DNA of 64,000 nt from an uncultured delta proteobacterium (GTDB lineage Bacteria; Desulfobacterota; BSN033; UBA1163), in the NCBI GenBank assembly GCA_963827685.1, contig CAWHBU010000004.1, positions 160,001 to 224,000 of the forward strand. The letters are read 5' to 3'. The notes below the pieces were generated by a model. It was not told the DNA's origin, did not search any database, and saw only the letters and a program-made list of their open reading frames with translations. The stretch's first letter is position 1; the number at the start of each line of letters is the position of its first letter. The position numbers and the translations under genes were made by a program. Below, piece by piece: positions 41,751-51,472 of this stretch.

Positions 41751-42148
41751 TTCTTCTATTCCCCCCTGAAGTCTTCTTATTAATCGATGTTCTGTAAGAA
41801 TCATTTGTGCACATCTAGGGAAAAGCCGACAAGTTGTAGAATATGTCAAACAATTTATCAAGAAAAATGTTGGGTGGAGCTTTAAATGCAACGAAAATAT
41901 CAAAAGAATTTTCCCGGGAGATAGACAGATACGCGTAAGAGTATCTATATGTTGGTGGAAGAATTTATTACCACGCGGCCCTAATGATACCCCGGATGGG
42001 GTAAAGAATCAGATAAAGGTGTAACCAAATTGTAACCGTCTTAACCTAAAATAATCCAAGATAACCAAAGTTATTCCAACATGGGTTTTGTAAGTGCTTG
42101 ATATTTAACACATTGAAAATGATGGGAAATCGCCTGATTTGAGTTATC

Positions 42149-42207
42149 GACTTAAAATCCCTCGGTGGCCCCCCACCGTGCCGGTTCAAGTCCGGCCCTG
42201 GGCACCA
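42149..42207 (+). mobile_element. att scar: 3' half of tRNA-Leu(TAA)
   Basis: GACTTAAAATCCCTC...GGTTCAAGTCC...GGCACCA with no 5' half; arm-like repeats TGTAACC x2 (~42020) and GTCCCCAC x2 (~42279). Confidence 0.85.
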
Positions 42208-42374
42208 TGAAAATAAAGGGTTTTCTTGATATTGCAGGTTTAAGACGCAAGCCCTTTTTTCTTGTATCAACCCATCCAGTCCCCACCCAGTCCCCACTTC
42301 TTCAACAATGGTGACAACCTGGACAGCACAGGCAGGATAAAAGGAAGCCTCCGTATTCACAACCACCATCCCCA

Positions 42375-43376
42375 CCCTCTCTCCTTCATCGCACGATCGA
42401 CGACTTCTCTCACATGACGTTTTATGACGTTTTCTGTAGGAGCGGAGGGAATCTGGGAGCAAGAGGATCCTGAGGAATGGACGCCTCGGAGTATGTGCGC
42501 AGGGCTTGAAATTCTGCACGTTTTGAGGCGCCAAAGGCACAAACTCCCTCTTCCCCTATCCCTTTACCCCTAACCCGAGAGGACTACCCTTTTGTCGGCC
42601 TCTGTAGCCCCTTCCTGATAGCGTAGGAGGGGGTTTAGACGAGTCCTGACGGTGTGGTCTGGGAATCACCAGGGAGTTACTTCAATCGGTGTGGCCCCCA
42701 ATCTTCCGAAGGCGCTCTTTTACCTGATTTTCGATAGCCTCTGCAACCCAACTTTTATTAACCATCAGATAGTCAAAAGGTGAAGTTTTGTGAATGAGTT
42801 GAGGACTCCGACCTGCCAAAGGTGGGTTTCTTCCTCCCTCTGAATAGCTCCCATCACGAGTGTATTTTTGTGTATAAGATGGTAAGCAATCTCCCTGTCG
42901 GTCTGCACTCCCGCCCTGTGGAGATGGTCCTTCCTCGCTTTCTTAATCGCTTCCGAAACTAAAGTTTTCTTAAGTAGTTGGTTCGCAATAACATCGGCTT
43001 TTACTTCAGTTTTCTTCAGTAGTTCACAGGCAATCTCGGCAGCTATTTGCTTATTTTTACAGCGATAACCAGCACGTATTACAGCTTCGCTTCCATCTGC
43101 TTTTTAATCGCCTCTGAAACCCAACTTTTCCCAACCAGCATCGCCCGATTGACAGCTTCTCTCACTGGAGTTTTATGGAGCAGCTGGTAGGCCATCTCGG
43201 CGGCACGCTGGTCATTTTTGACTCGGAAGCCAGCACGCTTTACGGCCTCGCTTCCAACCCAAGTTTTACCAAGCAGTTGATCCGAGTAGAATAAACTTTT
43301 CTTAACCACTCCCTTACCTGTTTTTTCCCCTGCAAAAAATAATAAAAAGTCTTTCCGAGGGTGGAATTTTATGGAG
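42375..43376 (-). repeat. array of heterologous terminase-small-subunit-like gene fragments (putative pac-site library)
   Basis: Repeated segments such as SEAVKRAGFRVKNDQRAAEMAYQLLHKTPVREAV and SEAVIRAGYRCKNKQIAAEIACELLKKTEV, most centred on a 10-bp-period direct repeat. Confidence 0.7.
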
Positions 43377-43380
43377 TTTC

Positions 43381-43551
43381 TTATTGTTTAACAGAATTTT
43401 GTTTAACAACAATATTCCATCCAGCCCCTATGATCTCCCAAATAAAATCTGTCAGGGTTTCTTTTCTCTTTTGAGCCTCCTCGATGATTCTTTTCTTCGC
43501 GGCGGGAGGGACTCGAATCGCTATTATTTGAGTCCTTCTTTCTCTGCTCAT
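43381..43551 (-). CDS. small ribbon-helix-helix DNA-binding protein (56 aa)
   Basis: Manually translated MSRERRTQIIAIRVPPAAKKRIIEEAQKRKETLTDFIWEII...; GAGG RBS. Confidence 0.65.
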   Translation of the reverse strand: MSRERRTQIIAIRVPPAAKKRIIEEAQKRKETLTDFIWEIIGAGWNIVVKQNSVKQ

Positions 43552-44205
43552 TCCTTCCTCTCCTCTTCGCTGAGTCCGCTGTTCGGTGGCTTCTGGATCG
43601 GGGTGGCTTCGAGAATTATCACCGTTTTACCGCCCGCTACCGCCCCCGTTTTCTTAGGCATCAATCCCGGAAGCACCTTAGAATAAAAGTCCAGCCATCC
43701 GCGCCAGTTCTTCGCCGCTCCAAGTCCGGCAGGTGTTTTTTGTTACCCGTTGGGCTTTCCCGGTTGACGATCGCTCCCAACACCCGTTTGCAATCAAGTG
43801 CAACTTATCCCTCCACCGCCTGCCGGGATCAGACCCTTTGCCTCCCTGTTTCGTATGCCCACTGGGCAAACATCGTTCTTGGTCTACCATCGCCTTTGAA
43901 ATCCGTCACCCATATCGGCCCATATTTTATGCAAAAACTTACGCAAAAACACCCCAATGGGCAACCTCAATCTAATATTCCTCACTTTGTCAGGGGTGGT
44001 TTGACTTATAACCAATTCAGATCCTCTCCGGAAAAACAATGGGAAGGCTCCCCAGGTATTCTATCTGAAGCAGTTGGTCTGCCTTCCCACTTCCCACTAT
44101 TTTTCCCCATTTTAAGTTGCAAAATATGTTATACTGTGATAATTATCATTACAAAATGGGTGAATCGTTTCGCTAACTTATTGAAATTATAAATGGCCGC
44201 CTATT

Positions 44206-44252
44206 GACTTCTAATCCGTGGGTCGGGGGTTCGAATCCCTCCAGGCGCGCCA
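44206..44252 (+). mobile_element. attR scar: 3' half of tRNA-Arg(TCT)
   Basis: GACTTCTAATCCGTGGGTCGGGGGTTCGAATCCCTCCAGGCGCGCCA; 5' half absent; sits at the head of the tRNA cluster. Confidence 0.88.
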
Positions 44253-44262
44253 AGGTGGGTAC

Positions 44263-44356
44263 CAATGCAAACTGCAAAATTAACAATGCAAAATTAGCCG
44301 CGCAGTTCAATTGCTAATTGACCATTGCTAATTGACCAATTTGCAATGATCTTTTC
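44263..44356. repeat. heptamer-based palindromic intergenic element; a related copy lies at 44529-44640
   Basis: CAATGCA/AAATTAA units facing TAATTGA/CATTG units; both copies end TTGCAATGATCTTTT. Confidence 0.7.
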
Positions 44357-44359
44357 AAT

Positions 44360-44437
44360 GGTGAGTGTAGCTCAGTTGGATAGAGCACTGGGTTGTGGCC
44401 CCAGTGGTCGAGGGTTCGAGTCCCTTCACTCACCCCA
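44360..44437 (+). tRNA. tRNA-His(GTG)
   Basis: Cloverleaf with G-1, anticodon loop TTGTGGC, CCA. Confidence 0.95.
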
Positions 44438-44439
44438 AA

Positions 44440-44516
44440 GCGCCCGTAGCTCAGTTGGATAGAGCGTCGGACTTCGAATCCGCAGGTCGTCCGTTCGAGC
44501 CGGACCGGGCGCGCCA
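44440..44516 (+). tRNA. tRNA-Arg(TCG)
   Basis: GCGCCCG acceptor stem, loop CTTCGAA, CCA. Confidence 0.93.
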
Positions 44517-44648
44517 CCCATAAGAAACAAATGCAAATTATAAAATTAACAATGCAAAGTTAGCAGTACTGCTGAATCATGTTGAGTCGTTCAATTGCTA
44601 ATTGAGCATTGTTAATTGACCATTTTGCAATGATCTTTTTGGCGAAAA

Positions 44649-44724
44649 GAGCCGTTAGCTCAATAGGTAGAGCAACTGACTCTTAATCAGTAGGTTACAG
44701 GTTCGATTCCTGTACGGCTCACCA
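44649..44724 (+). tRNA. tRNA-Lys(CTT)
   Basis: GAGCCGT stem, loop CTCTTAA, CCA. Confidence 0.95.
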
Positions 44725-44772
44725 TTTTTTAACAATTTTATCTTTTGTGCTTTTTGCAGGCGCGGATTTTTT

Positions 44773-44859
44773 GCCGGGGTGGCGAAATTGGAATACGCGC
44801 GAGACTTAGGATCTCGTGGTCGAGAGACTGTGCGGGTTCGAGTCCCGCCCTCGGCACCA
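44773..44859 (+). tRNA. tRNA-Leu(TAG)
   Basis: Long variable arm, loop CTTAGGA, CCA. Confidence 0.95.
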
Positions 44860-45015
44860 TAATAAAAAGGAAATTCTAAATTCGAAGTGCGAAATCCGAA
44901 TTTCCACGAGAGCGTGAGTCGTAAGTGGTTTACCCCTCACCCTTCACGCGTTAGCCCTTACGTGTCAAGATTTCGATATTCGGATTTTGGGTTTCTAAAT
45001 TTAGAGGGATATTTC

Positions 45016-46296
45016 ATGAAAACCAGTATTGAGGAGATCAGTTCGATCAAGAAAAAGGTATCCGTAGAAATTCCAGAAGACCAGGTTGCCAAAGAGGTTG
45101 ATTCCACCTATAAAGATTTGGGGAAAAAGGCAAAGATCAAAGGGTTTCGGCCTGGAAAGGTTCCGAGGAACATCTTGGAGAGATATTTCAAAGATTATGT
45201 CAAAGCAGAAGTCATCCAGAAACTGATTGAGGAGTCTTATCCAAAAGCTCTCTCGGAGACTGATCTTCAACCCGTCTCTCCACCTGTTATTGATCCTGGA
45301 GAATTCGAGGGTGGCAAGCCGTTTCAATATTCTGCTTTGATTGAAGTCAAACCTGATATCAAATTGGAAGGGTATACAGGATTGAAGATCGAAGGGAAAA
45401 AAGAGGAGGTGAAAGACGTAGACGTAGAGGAGCGGTTGAAAGCCCTCCAAAACCTTCATGCCAATTTAAAAACCATTTCAGAGGCCAGACCCATCCAGGC
45501 TGGGGATTATGTCATCATCGACTATGAGGCGAGCATGGGTGGTAACCCTTTGGAGGGAGGGAAGGCAATCGATTTTACGGTGGAGGTGGGAAGTGGACAG
45601 TTCATTCCGACCTTCGAGGAGAAGTTGATGGGGTTGAAGCCGGAAGAGGAAAGAGAAATTGAGGTTTCTTTTCCTGAGGATTATGGATATCAGAAGTGGG
45701 CAGGGAAGACCATTTCATTTCACGTTAAGATTAAAGAGATTAAGGAGAAGATTCTTCCCCCTCTCGATGATGAATTTGCGAAGGACTTGGGTGATTATTC
45801 ATCCCTCGAAGAATTAAGAGCCAAATTAAAAGGGGAGATCGAAAAGGAGAAGGAACTGGCATTGGAACGACATTTAAAAGATCGGGTGATGGATCAATTG
45901 CTTGAAGCAAACCCCTTCGAGGTTCCCGAAAGTTTGGTGGAGGAGCAAGCCAAAATCCTAGTCTCGGACACAAAGTTAAGACTGGCTGCCCAGGGGGTTG
46001 ATCTCAAAAATTTGGGGATCTCAGAGGAGAAACTCCAAGGGGATTATCGGGCCATGGCCCAGAAGCAGGTCAAGACTTTTCTAATTCTTGAAAGGATTGC
46101 AGGTCAGGAAGGGATTCTGGTCACCGATGAAGAAGCAGAGGATCGTCTCAAAGAGATGGCAGAGAGGATGCATCAAGAATTCGATGTGGTGAAGCGATAT
46201 TACGAGAAAAATGGTCTCCTCCCCGAAGTGAAGGCCGGGATCATCCGGGATAAGACATTGACTTTTTTGCTTGAAAAAGCAAACATCTCTACCTGA
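45016..46296 (+). CDS. tig: trigger factor
   Basis: GFRPGKVP ribosome-binding motif, FKBP domain, LDDEFAK. Confidence 0.96.
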   Translation: MKTSIEEISSIKKKVSVEIPEDQVAKEVDSTYKDLGKKAKIKGFRPGKVPRNILERYFKDYVKAEVIQKLIEESYPKALSETDLQPVSPPVIDPGEFEGGKPFQYSALIEVKPDIKLEGYTGLKIEGKKEEVKDVDVEERLKALQNLHANLKTISEARPIQAGDYVIIDYEASMGGNPLEGGKAIDFTVEVGSGQFIPTFEEKLMGLKPEEEREIEVSFPEDYGYQKWAGKTISFHVKIKEIKEKILPPLDDEFAKDLGDYSSLEELRAKLKGEIEKEKELALERHLKDRVMDQLLEANPFEVPESLVEEQAKILVSDTKLRLAAQGVDLKNLGISEEKLQGDYRAMAQKQVKTFLILERIAGQEGILVTDEEAEDRLKEMAERMHQEFDVVKRYYEKNGLLPEVKAGIIRDKTLTFLLEKANIST

Positions 46297-46330
46297 CGGT
46301 AGACAGGAACTATGCTTGTGGGAGAAAACG

Positions 46331-46930
46331 ATGACACTGATACCGATTGTAATTGAAAAGGATGGGAGGGGCGAACGGGCCTATGATATCTATTCGCGTC
46401 TCTTAAAGGAGCGAATCATCTTTGTTGGGACAGCGATTGATGATGATGTGGCCAATCTGGTGATCGCCCAGATGCTTTTTCTGGAATCGGAGGATCCTGA
46501 CAAGGATGTCCACGTCTATATCAATTCTCCCGGAGGAGTTGTGACCTCTGGGCTTGCTATTTATGATACGATGCAATATATTCGACCCAAGGTTTCCACA
46601 TTATGTATGGGACAGGCCGCTAGCATTGCGGCTCTGCTTCTGGCAGCTGGGGAGAAGGGAAAACGATATGCCCTTCCCCATTCGAGGATCCTGATCCATC
46701 AACCCATGGGAGGTTTTCAAGGGCAGGCCTCGGATGTGGATATCCAAGCGAGGGAGATCCTGCGGCTTCGAGAAGAGCTGAATCGGATCATGGTCAAACA
46801 CACTTCTCAACCTGTGGAACGGATCCAGGCGGATACGGATCGAGATTTTTATATGACTGGCCATCAGGCGAAGGAATACGGTATTGTTGATGAAGTGGTC
46901 ATCCAGCGTCCCGTCCGATCTGTAGGGTAG
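46331..46930 (+). CDS. clpP: Clp protease proteolytic subunit
   Basis: [26 protein letters not shown]. Confidence 0.97.
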   Translation: MTLIPIVIEKDGRGERAYDIYSRLLKERIIFVGTAIDDDVANLVIAQMLFLESEDPDKDVHVYINSPGGVVTSGLAIYDTMQYIRPKVSTLCMGQAASIAALLLAAGEKGKRYALPHSRILIHQPMGGFQGQASDVDIQAREILRLREELNRIMVKHTSQPVERIQADTDRDFYMTGHQAKEYGIVDEVVIQRPVRSVG

Positions 46931-46957
46931 TCCTCAGGGGGGGGCAGAAAGGAGAAG

Positions 46958-48211
46958 ATGATGAAGGCGAATGGAGGGAATTATGGGACCGTCTTACATT
47001 GTTCTTTCTGTGGGAAGAGTCAGGATGAAGTAAGAAAGCTCATTGCCGGCCCCACGGTCTACATCTGTGATGAATGTATCGAGCTTTGTAATGAGATCAT
47101 TGCGGAAGAGGCCGAGGAACGGTTTGTTCCGGGAAGACTGACCGTTCCCAAACCTATGGAGATAAAGGCCAAATTGGATGAATATGTCATCGGACAGGAG
47201 AATGCTAAGAAGATCTTATCGGTAGCGGTCCACAATCACTATAAGCGGATTGATTCTCGGGTTGCGTCAGGAGATGTGGAGCTCCAGAAATCGAATATCA
47301 TTCTCATTGGGCCCACCGGGTCTGGGAAAACCCTCCTTGCCCAGACGCTGGCCCGTATCCTCGATGTTCCCTTCACGATTGCTGATGCGACCTGTCTGAC
47401 CGAAGCAGGGTATGTGGGTGAGGATGTGGAGAATATCATTCTGAGTCTTCTTCAGTCGGCCGATTACGATATCGAACGGACTCAGAAGGGAATCGTCTAT
47501 ATTGATGAGATCGATAAGATCTCGAGGAAATCGGATAGTCCTTCCATCACACGAGATGTTTCAGGCGAGGGGGTGCAACAGGCCCTCCTGAAAATCATCG
47601 AAGGGACCGTTGCGAGTGTCCCACCGAAGGGAGGTCGCAAACACCCTCAGCAGGAATTTATCCAAATCGACACGACCAACATTCTCTTCATCTGCGGCGG
47701 GGCCTTTGTCGGGCTGGAAAAATTAGTTGAACAAAGAGTAGGAGGAAAGACGCTTGGGTTTGGAGCAGATATCAAAAGCCAGTATGAGCGAGACATGGGA
47801 GAATTGCTGAGAGAGGTTCAACCCGAAGATCTTTTGAAGTTTGGATTAATTCCAGAGTTCATCGGAAGACTTCCCCTGATTGCTACCCTGGATGAGCTCA
47901 GCATCGATGCCCTGATGGATATTCTGAAAAAACCGAAGAATGCGTTGGTAAAACAGTATCAGAAACTCTTCGAATTTGAAAATGTGAAACTTCGATTTAC
48001 CGAAGGAGCTTTGATGGCCATTGGGAAGGAGGCCGTCAAGCGAAAATCCGGAGCCCGGGGTCTTCGTGCAATCATGGAGAACACCATGTTGGATGTGATG
48101 TATGAGATTCCTTCCCAGTCCAACATTCGTGAATGTATTATCAGTGAAGAGGTGGTTCTCCGTCACGAAAGCCCGATCCTCCTTTATGAGAAAGAGGTCG
48201 AGGTTGCTTGA
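46958..48211 (+). CDS. clpX: Clp protease ATP-binding subunit
   Basis: CSFC...CDEC Zn finger, [19 protein letters not shown] loop. Confidence 0.98.
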   Translation: MMKANGGNYGTVLHCSFCGKSQDEVRKLIAGPTVYICDECIELCNEIIAEEAEERFVPGRLTVPKPMEIKAKLDEYVIGQENAKKILSVAVHNHYKRIDSRVASGDVELQKSNIILIGPTGSGKTLLAQTLARILDVPFTIADATCLTEAGYVGEDVENIILSLLQSADYDIERTQKGIVYIDEIDKISRKSDSPSITRDVSGEGVQQALLKIIEGTVASVPPKGGRKHPQQEFIQIDTTNILFICGGAFVGLEKLVEQRVGGKTLGFGADIKSQYERDMGELLREVQPEDLLKFGLIPEFIGRLPLIATLDELSIDALMDILKKPKNALVKQYQKLFEFENVKLRFTEGALMAIGKEAVKRKSGARGLRAIMENTMLDVMYEIPSQSNIRECIISEEVVLRHESPILLYEKEVEVA

Positions 48212-48360
48212 ACCTGACTTATTCGACGGCGCTAAGGGTTCGCCTTTGAAGGCGGGGTAAAGAACCGCCACTTCCTTGGCAAGCTTAGGGCACGGAGTCT
48301 ATCGAAGTGCAGGGTCAACCCTCAGCAACCCCGGGTCTTTAGGCTGGGAAGTCGAAGAGG

Positions 48361-48389
48361 TTGACATTGGAGGACCGGTTCCATAGAAT
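48361..48389 (+). promoter_or_regulatory. sigma70 promoter of tRNA-Val/Asp
   Basis: TTGACA-17-TAGAAT. Confidence 0.8.
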
Positions 48390-48404
48390 TGACTTTGCAG
48401 GGGA

Positions 48405-48480
48405 GGGCGGATAGCTCAGTTGGGAGAGCGCCGGCCTTACAAGCCGGAGGTCGCAGGTTCAATCCCTGTTCCGCCTACCA
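48405..48480 (+). tRNA. tRNA-Val(TAC)
   Basis: Loop CTTACAA, T-loop GTTCAAT, CCA. Confidence 0.95.
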
Positions 48481-48558
48481 ATCAAATTGGGATGGCGGAA
48501 TGCGGATTGCGGAATTTGAATCTAAAATCTACAATTTGAAATCTGAAATGATTTAATC

Positions 48559-48635
48559 GGGGGCGTAGTTCAGCTGGTTAGAACGCCGGCCTGTCACGCC
48601 GGAGGTCGCGAGTTCGATCCTCGTCGCTCCCGCCA
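48559..48635 (+). tRNA. tRNA-Asp(GTC)
   Basis: Loop CTGTCAC, GCCA end. Confidence 0.95.
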
Positions 48636-48641
48636 GAATGA

Positions 48642-48674
48642 AAAGGGATTAGCTAAAAAGCCAATCCCTTTTTT
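48642..48674 (+). terminator. intrinsic terminator
   Basis: AAAGGGATTAGC-loop-GCCAATCCCTTT followed by a T-tract. Confidence 0.75.
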
Positions 48675-48779
48675 GTTTGAATCCTGAAAAATTAAGATGA
48701 GGGATAGGGGGAAACAAGAACTTGACAAAGTAAAGGAGAGGGGTTGATTTGGCCTGGGAAATCATATAAATTACCATCC

Positions 48780-50918
48780 ATGGAGAAAGTGTCTTTCCTT
48801 TTTTGTGTCCATAATCATCAGCCCGTTGGAAATTTCCTACATGTCTTAGAAAATGCTTACGAGAAGGCTTACCTTCCCTTCATTGAAGTCCTCAAGAAAT
48901 ATCCATTTATGAGGATCTCCATTCATTATACCGGGGTCCTCTGGGATTTTATTAAAGGTCATCATCCAGAATTTTTAGATACGCTAAGAGAGTTGGTCAA
49001 GAAAGGGCAACTGGAGATGATGACCGGTGGGTATTATGAACCGATTCTGGCGGTCATCCCCAACTCTGACAAAGTTGGACAGATCAAGAGGCTGACCCAA
49101 ACCATTGAGGAAGAAATGGGAGTAACCCCGTATGGGATGTGGCTGGCAGAAAGGGTCTGGGAACCGCATCTCCCAAAGTATCTAGTGGAAGCCGGTGTAG
49201 AATATGTTACCATCGATGACTATCATTTCAAGAAATCCGGGTTGAGGGAAGAGGATTTGTATGGCTATTATCTAACAGAGGAGGAGGGGAAGGTTGTAAA
49301 AGCATTTCCAGGAAGCGAAACCTTGCGGCACATCATCCCCTTTCGTCCTCCGGAAGAAACCTTGGAATATCTCTCTCGGCTTCGAGGATCTTCCTGCGCA
49401 GCCATTTTTGCCGATGATGGCGAGAAATTTGGGATCTGGCCCGGTACCTACCATTCGGTCTACGAAGAGGGTTGGTTAGAACGTTTCTTCGAATTGATTG
49501 GAAAAAATTTGGACTGGATCGAACCCATGCCCCTTGGAACCTATGCCAATCGTGAGAAGCCACTCGGGAGAATCTATCTCTCCTGTTCCTCTTATATGGA
49601 AATGGATGAATGGAGTCTTCCCACAGAGGCGATGGCGGAATATGGAAAGGTTGTTGAGAGACTGAAGGAGTTGCCGGAAGGGGAGAGGATCAGAAGATTT
49701 ATCAAAGGCGGATTTTGGAGGAACTTCTTCGCCAAATATCCTGAATCGAACGACCTCCATAAAAGGGTCCTCCATCTTCGAGAAAAGATAGGAATTGCAG
49801 AAAAGAAGTCTGTTCCCAAAGACCAGGACCCTCTTCTCTATCTTTATCAAGCCCAGTGCAACGATGCCTACTGGCATGGAGTTTTTGGGGGACTCTATCT
49901 TCCTCACCTTCGCCACGCCATTTATGAAAACCTGATCAAGGCAGAAGCCCTTTATGATCGGAAAACACATCGGGAGAAAGAATGGAATGAACTGGAGAGA
50001 TTGGATCTCAATGGGGATGGAGAGGAGGAAGTCATTCTAAAGAACCCGGAGACGGTTCTCCTTTTTAGTAGCCGGGGGGGAAGCCTCTTGGAAATGGATG
50101 ATCGGTCAAAAGCATTCAATATCCTTGGGACCCTTACTCGAAGGAAAGAGGGCTATCATCACAACTTATTGGAATCCCGGGAACAGGCATCGAGGGATGA
50201 GGCACCGGCAGCTAAAACGAGGACCATCCATGAGATCTTTGATTCGAAGGAGAAGGGTTTAGATCAATATCTCCATTTCGATGGATATCGAAGGGCCTCC
50301 TTCTTGGATCATTTCATCGCCGAACCGATGGATTTCGAATCATTTCGAAGATGCCAATATCAGGAGGAAGGGGATTTTATTAAGGAGCCCTACGAGATTG
50401 AGGTGGAGAGAAAGGGAAAGTATCAGGAGGTCTTTTTTTCTCGATCGGGGAGCCTTTTTAGGAATGGAAAAAGGGATCCGATTAAGATAGAGAAAAGCTT
50501 CTCCATTCCACCCCATCAGAAGGTGGTAAAAGCATCCTATCAAATCGCTTACGAAGGGGAGAAGAGGAAAACGAACTTCGGTATCGAATTGAATATCAAT
50601 CTCTTGGCCGGAGATGCTCCGGATCGTTATTACGACATACCAGGACATCTCCTGGAAGATCGAAAACTTGCAAGCGTAGGTGTGATAAAAGATGTTTCAG
50701 AGATTCAGTTGGTCGACGAATGGGTGGGGATGAAGGTTGTCCTGAAGATGGACAGGAACTGTAATCTCTGGCGTTTTCCCATTGAGACCGTTTCGCTTTC
50801 AGAGAGCGGGTTCGAAAAGATTTTTCAAGGTTCATGTCTACTTCTTTACTGGTCGTTGGACTTAGGGCCTGATAAGGGTTTTGAGGTGAGCGTGGAATTG
50901 GGGATTCAATCCCTGTGA
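48780..50918 (+). CDS. GH57 4-alpha-glucanotransferase/alpha-amylase (DUF1925/DUF1926)
   Basis: HNHQP, WLAERVWEP, DDGEKFG.WP, AQCNDAYWHG. Confidence 0.93.
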   Translation: MEKVSFLFCVHNHQPVGNFLHVLENAYEKAYLPFIEVLKKYPFMRISIHYTGVLWDFIKGHHPEFLDTLRELVKKGQLEMMTGGYYEPILAVIPNSDKVGQIKRLTQTIEEEMGVTPYGMWLAERVWEPHLPKYLVEAGVEYVTIDDYHFKKSGLREEDLYGYYLTEEEGKVVKAFPGSETLRHIIPFRPPEETLEYLSRLRGSSCAAIFADDGEKFGIWPGTYHSVYEEGWLERFFELIGKNLDWIEPMPLGTYANREKPLGRIYLSCSSYMEMDEWSLPTEAMAEYGKVVERLKELPEGERIRRFIKGGFWRNFFAKYPESNDLHKRVLHLREKIGIAEKKSVPKDQDPLLYLYQAQCNDAYWHGVFGGLYLPHLRHAIYENLIKAEALYDRKTHREKEWNELERLDLNGDGEEEVILKNPETVLLFSSRGGSLLEMDDRSKAFNILGTLTRRKEGYHHNLLESREQASRDEAPAAKTRTIHEIFDSKEKGLDQYLHFDGYRRASFLDHFIAEPMDFESFRRCQYQEEGDFIKEPYEIEVERKGKYQEVFFSRSGSLFRNGKRDPIKIEKSFSIPPHQKVVKASYQIAYEGEKRKTNFGIELNINLLAGDAPDRYYDIPGHLLEDRKLASVGVIKDVSEIQLVDEWVGMKVVLKMDRNCNLWRFPIETVSLSESGFEKIFQGSCLLLYWSLDLGPDKGFEVSVELGIQSL

Positions 50919-50998
50919 GAGAGGCAAGCGAATCATATTCGATTCATTCGTTATCATTCGGTCCATTCGTTAATCAATTTAGATGAGGAGGAGATGAG

Positions 50999-51340
50999 AT
51001 GGAAAAGAAAGAGAAGCCCTTAGAGAAGATGACCGCCAAGGAACTGAGGGAGACGGCCCTTGGGTTGCCTGGAATCCATGGCGTTCACGCGATGAAAAAA
51101 GAGGAGTTGATCACAGCCATTCGTGCAGCCAAAGGCATTACCGAGCCGGAACCAAAGAAAGAAAAGAAGATTGTTGCTAAGAAAGAGAAAGTGGTTCTAA
51201 CCGTGGCCCAATTGAAACAGAAGGTAAAAGAACTGAGAGTCAAAAGAGAGGAACTTCTCCAGCAGAGAAATCTGAAGATGGCTGAGATTTTGAGAAAACG
51301 AATCAGTCGACTAAAGAAGCAGACCCGGCGAGCCGCCTAA
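50999..51340 (+). CDS. basic small protein with a Rho-N-terminal-like domain
   Basis: LEKMTAKELRE.A......GVHAMKKEELITAI. Confidence 0.8.
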   Translation: MEKKEKPLEKMTAKELRETALGLPGIHGVHAMKKEELITAIRAAKGITEPEPKKEKKIVAKKEKVVLTVAQLKQKVKELRVKREELLQQRNLKMAEILRKRISRLKKQTRRAA

Positions 51341-51472
51341 TGGATAGTAACCAGTTCGGAGTAATTAGTTTGGAGTTGGGAGAAAATCACTTAGCATTAA
51401 GAGTTTTAGAATTCTAAAATCTTAAAACACTCCGAACTCAAAACTCCGAACTCCCAACTCGTTTCAAAAGCG

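Noticed and set aside
43079-43309. 76-aa ORF as a functional TerS
   Set aside because: It is a chimera of several overlapping HTH pieces and lacks an oligomerisation region; neighbouring pieces are out of frame.
42375-43376. CRISPR array or DGR reading of the terS-fragment array
   Set aside because: No constant direct repeat separates the units, there is no cas or reverse transcriptase gene in the window, and the differences are not adenine-specific.
42149-44252. Functional, split or permuted tRNA-Leu and tRNA-Arg genes
   Set aside because: The 5' halves are absent and the anticodon stems cannot pair; att duplication explains them better.
44887-45015. N-terminal extension of tig
   Set aside because: It translates a heptamer repeat element; the RBS supports ATG 45016.
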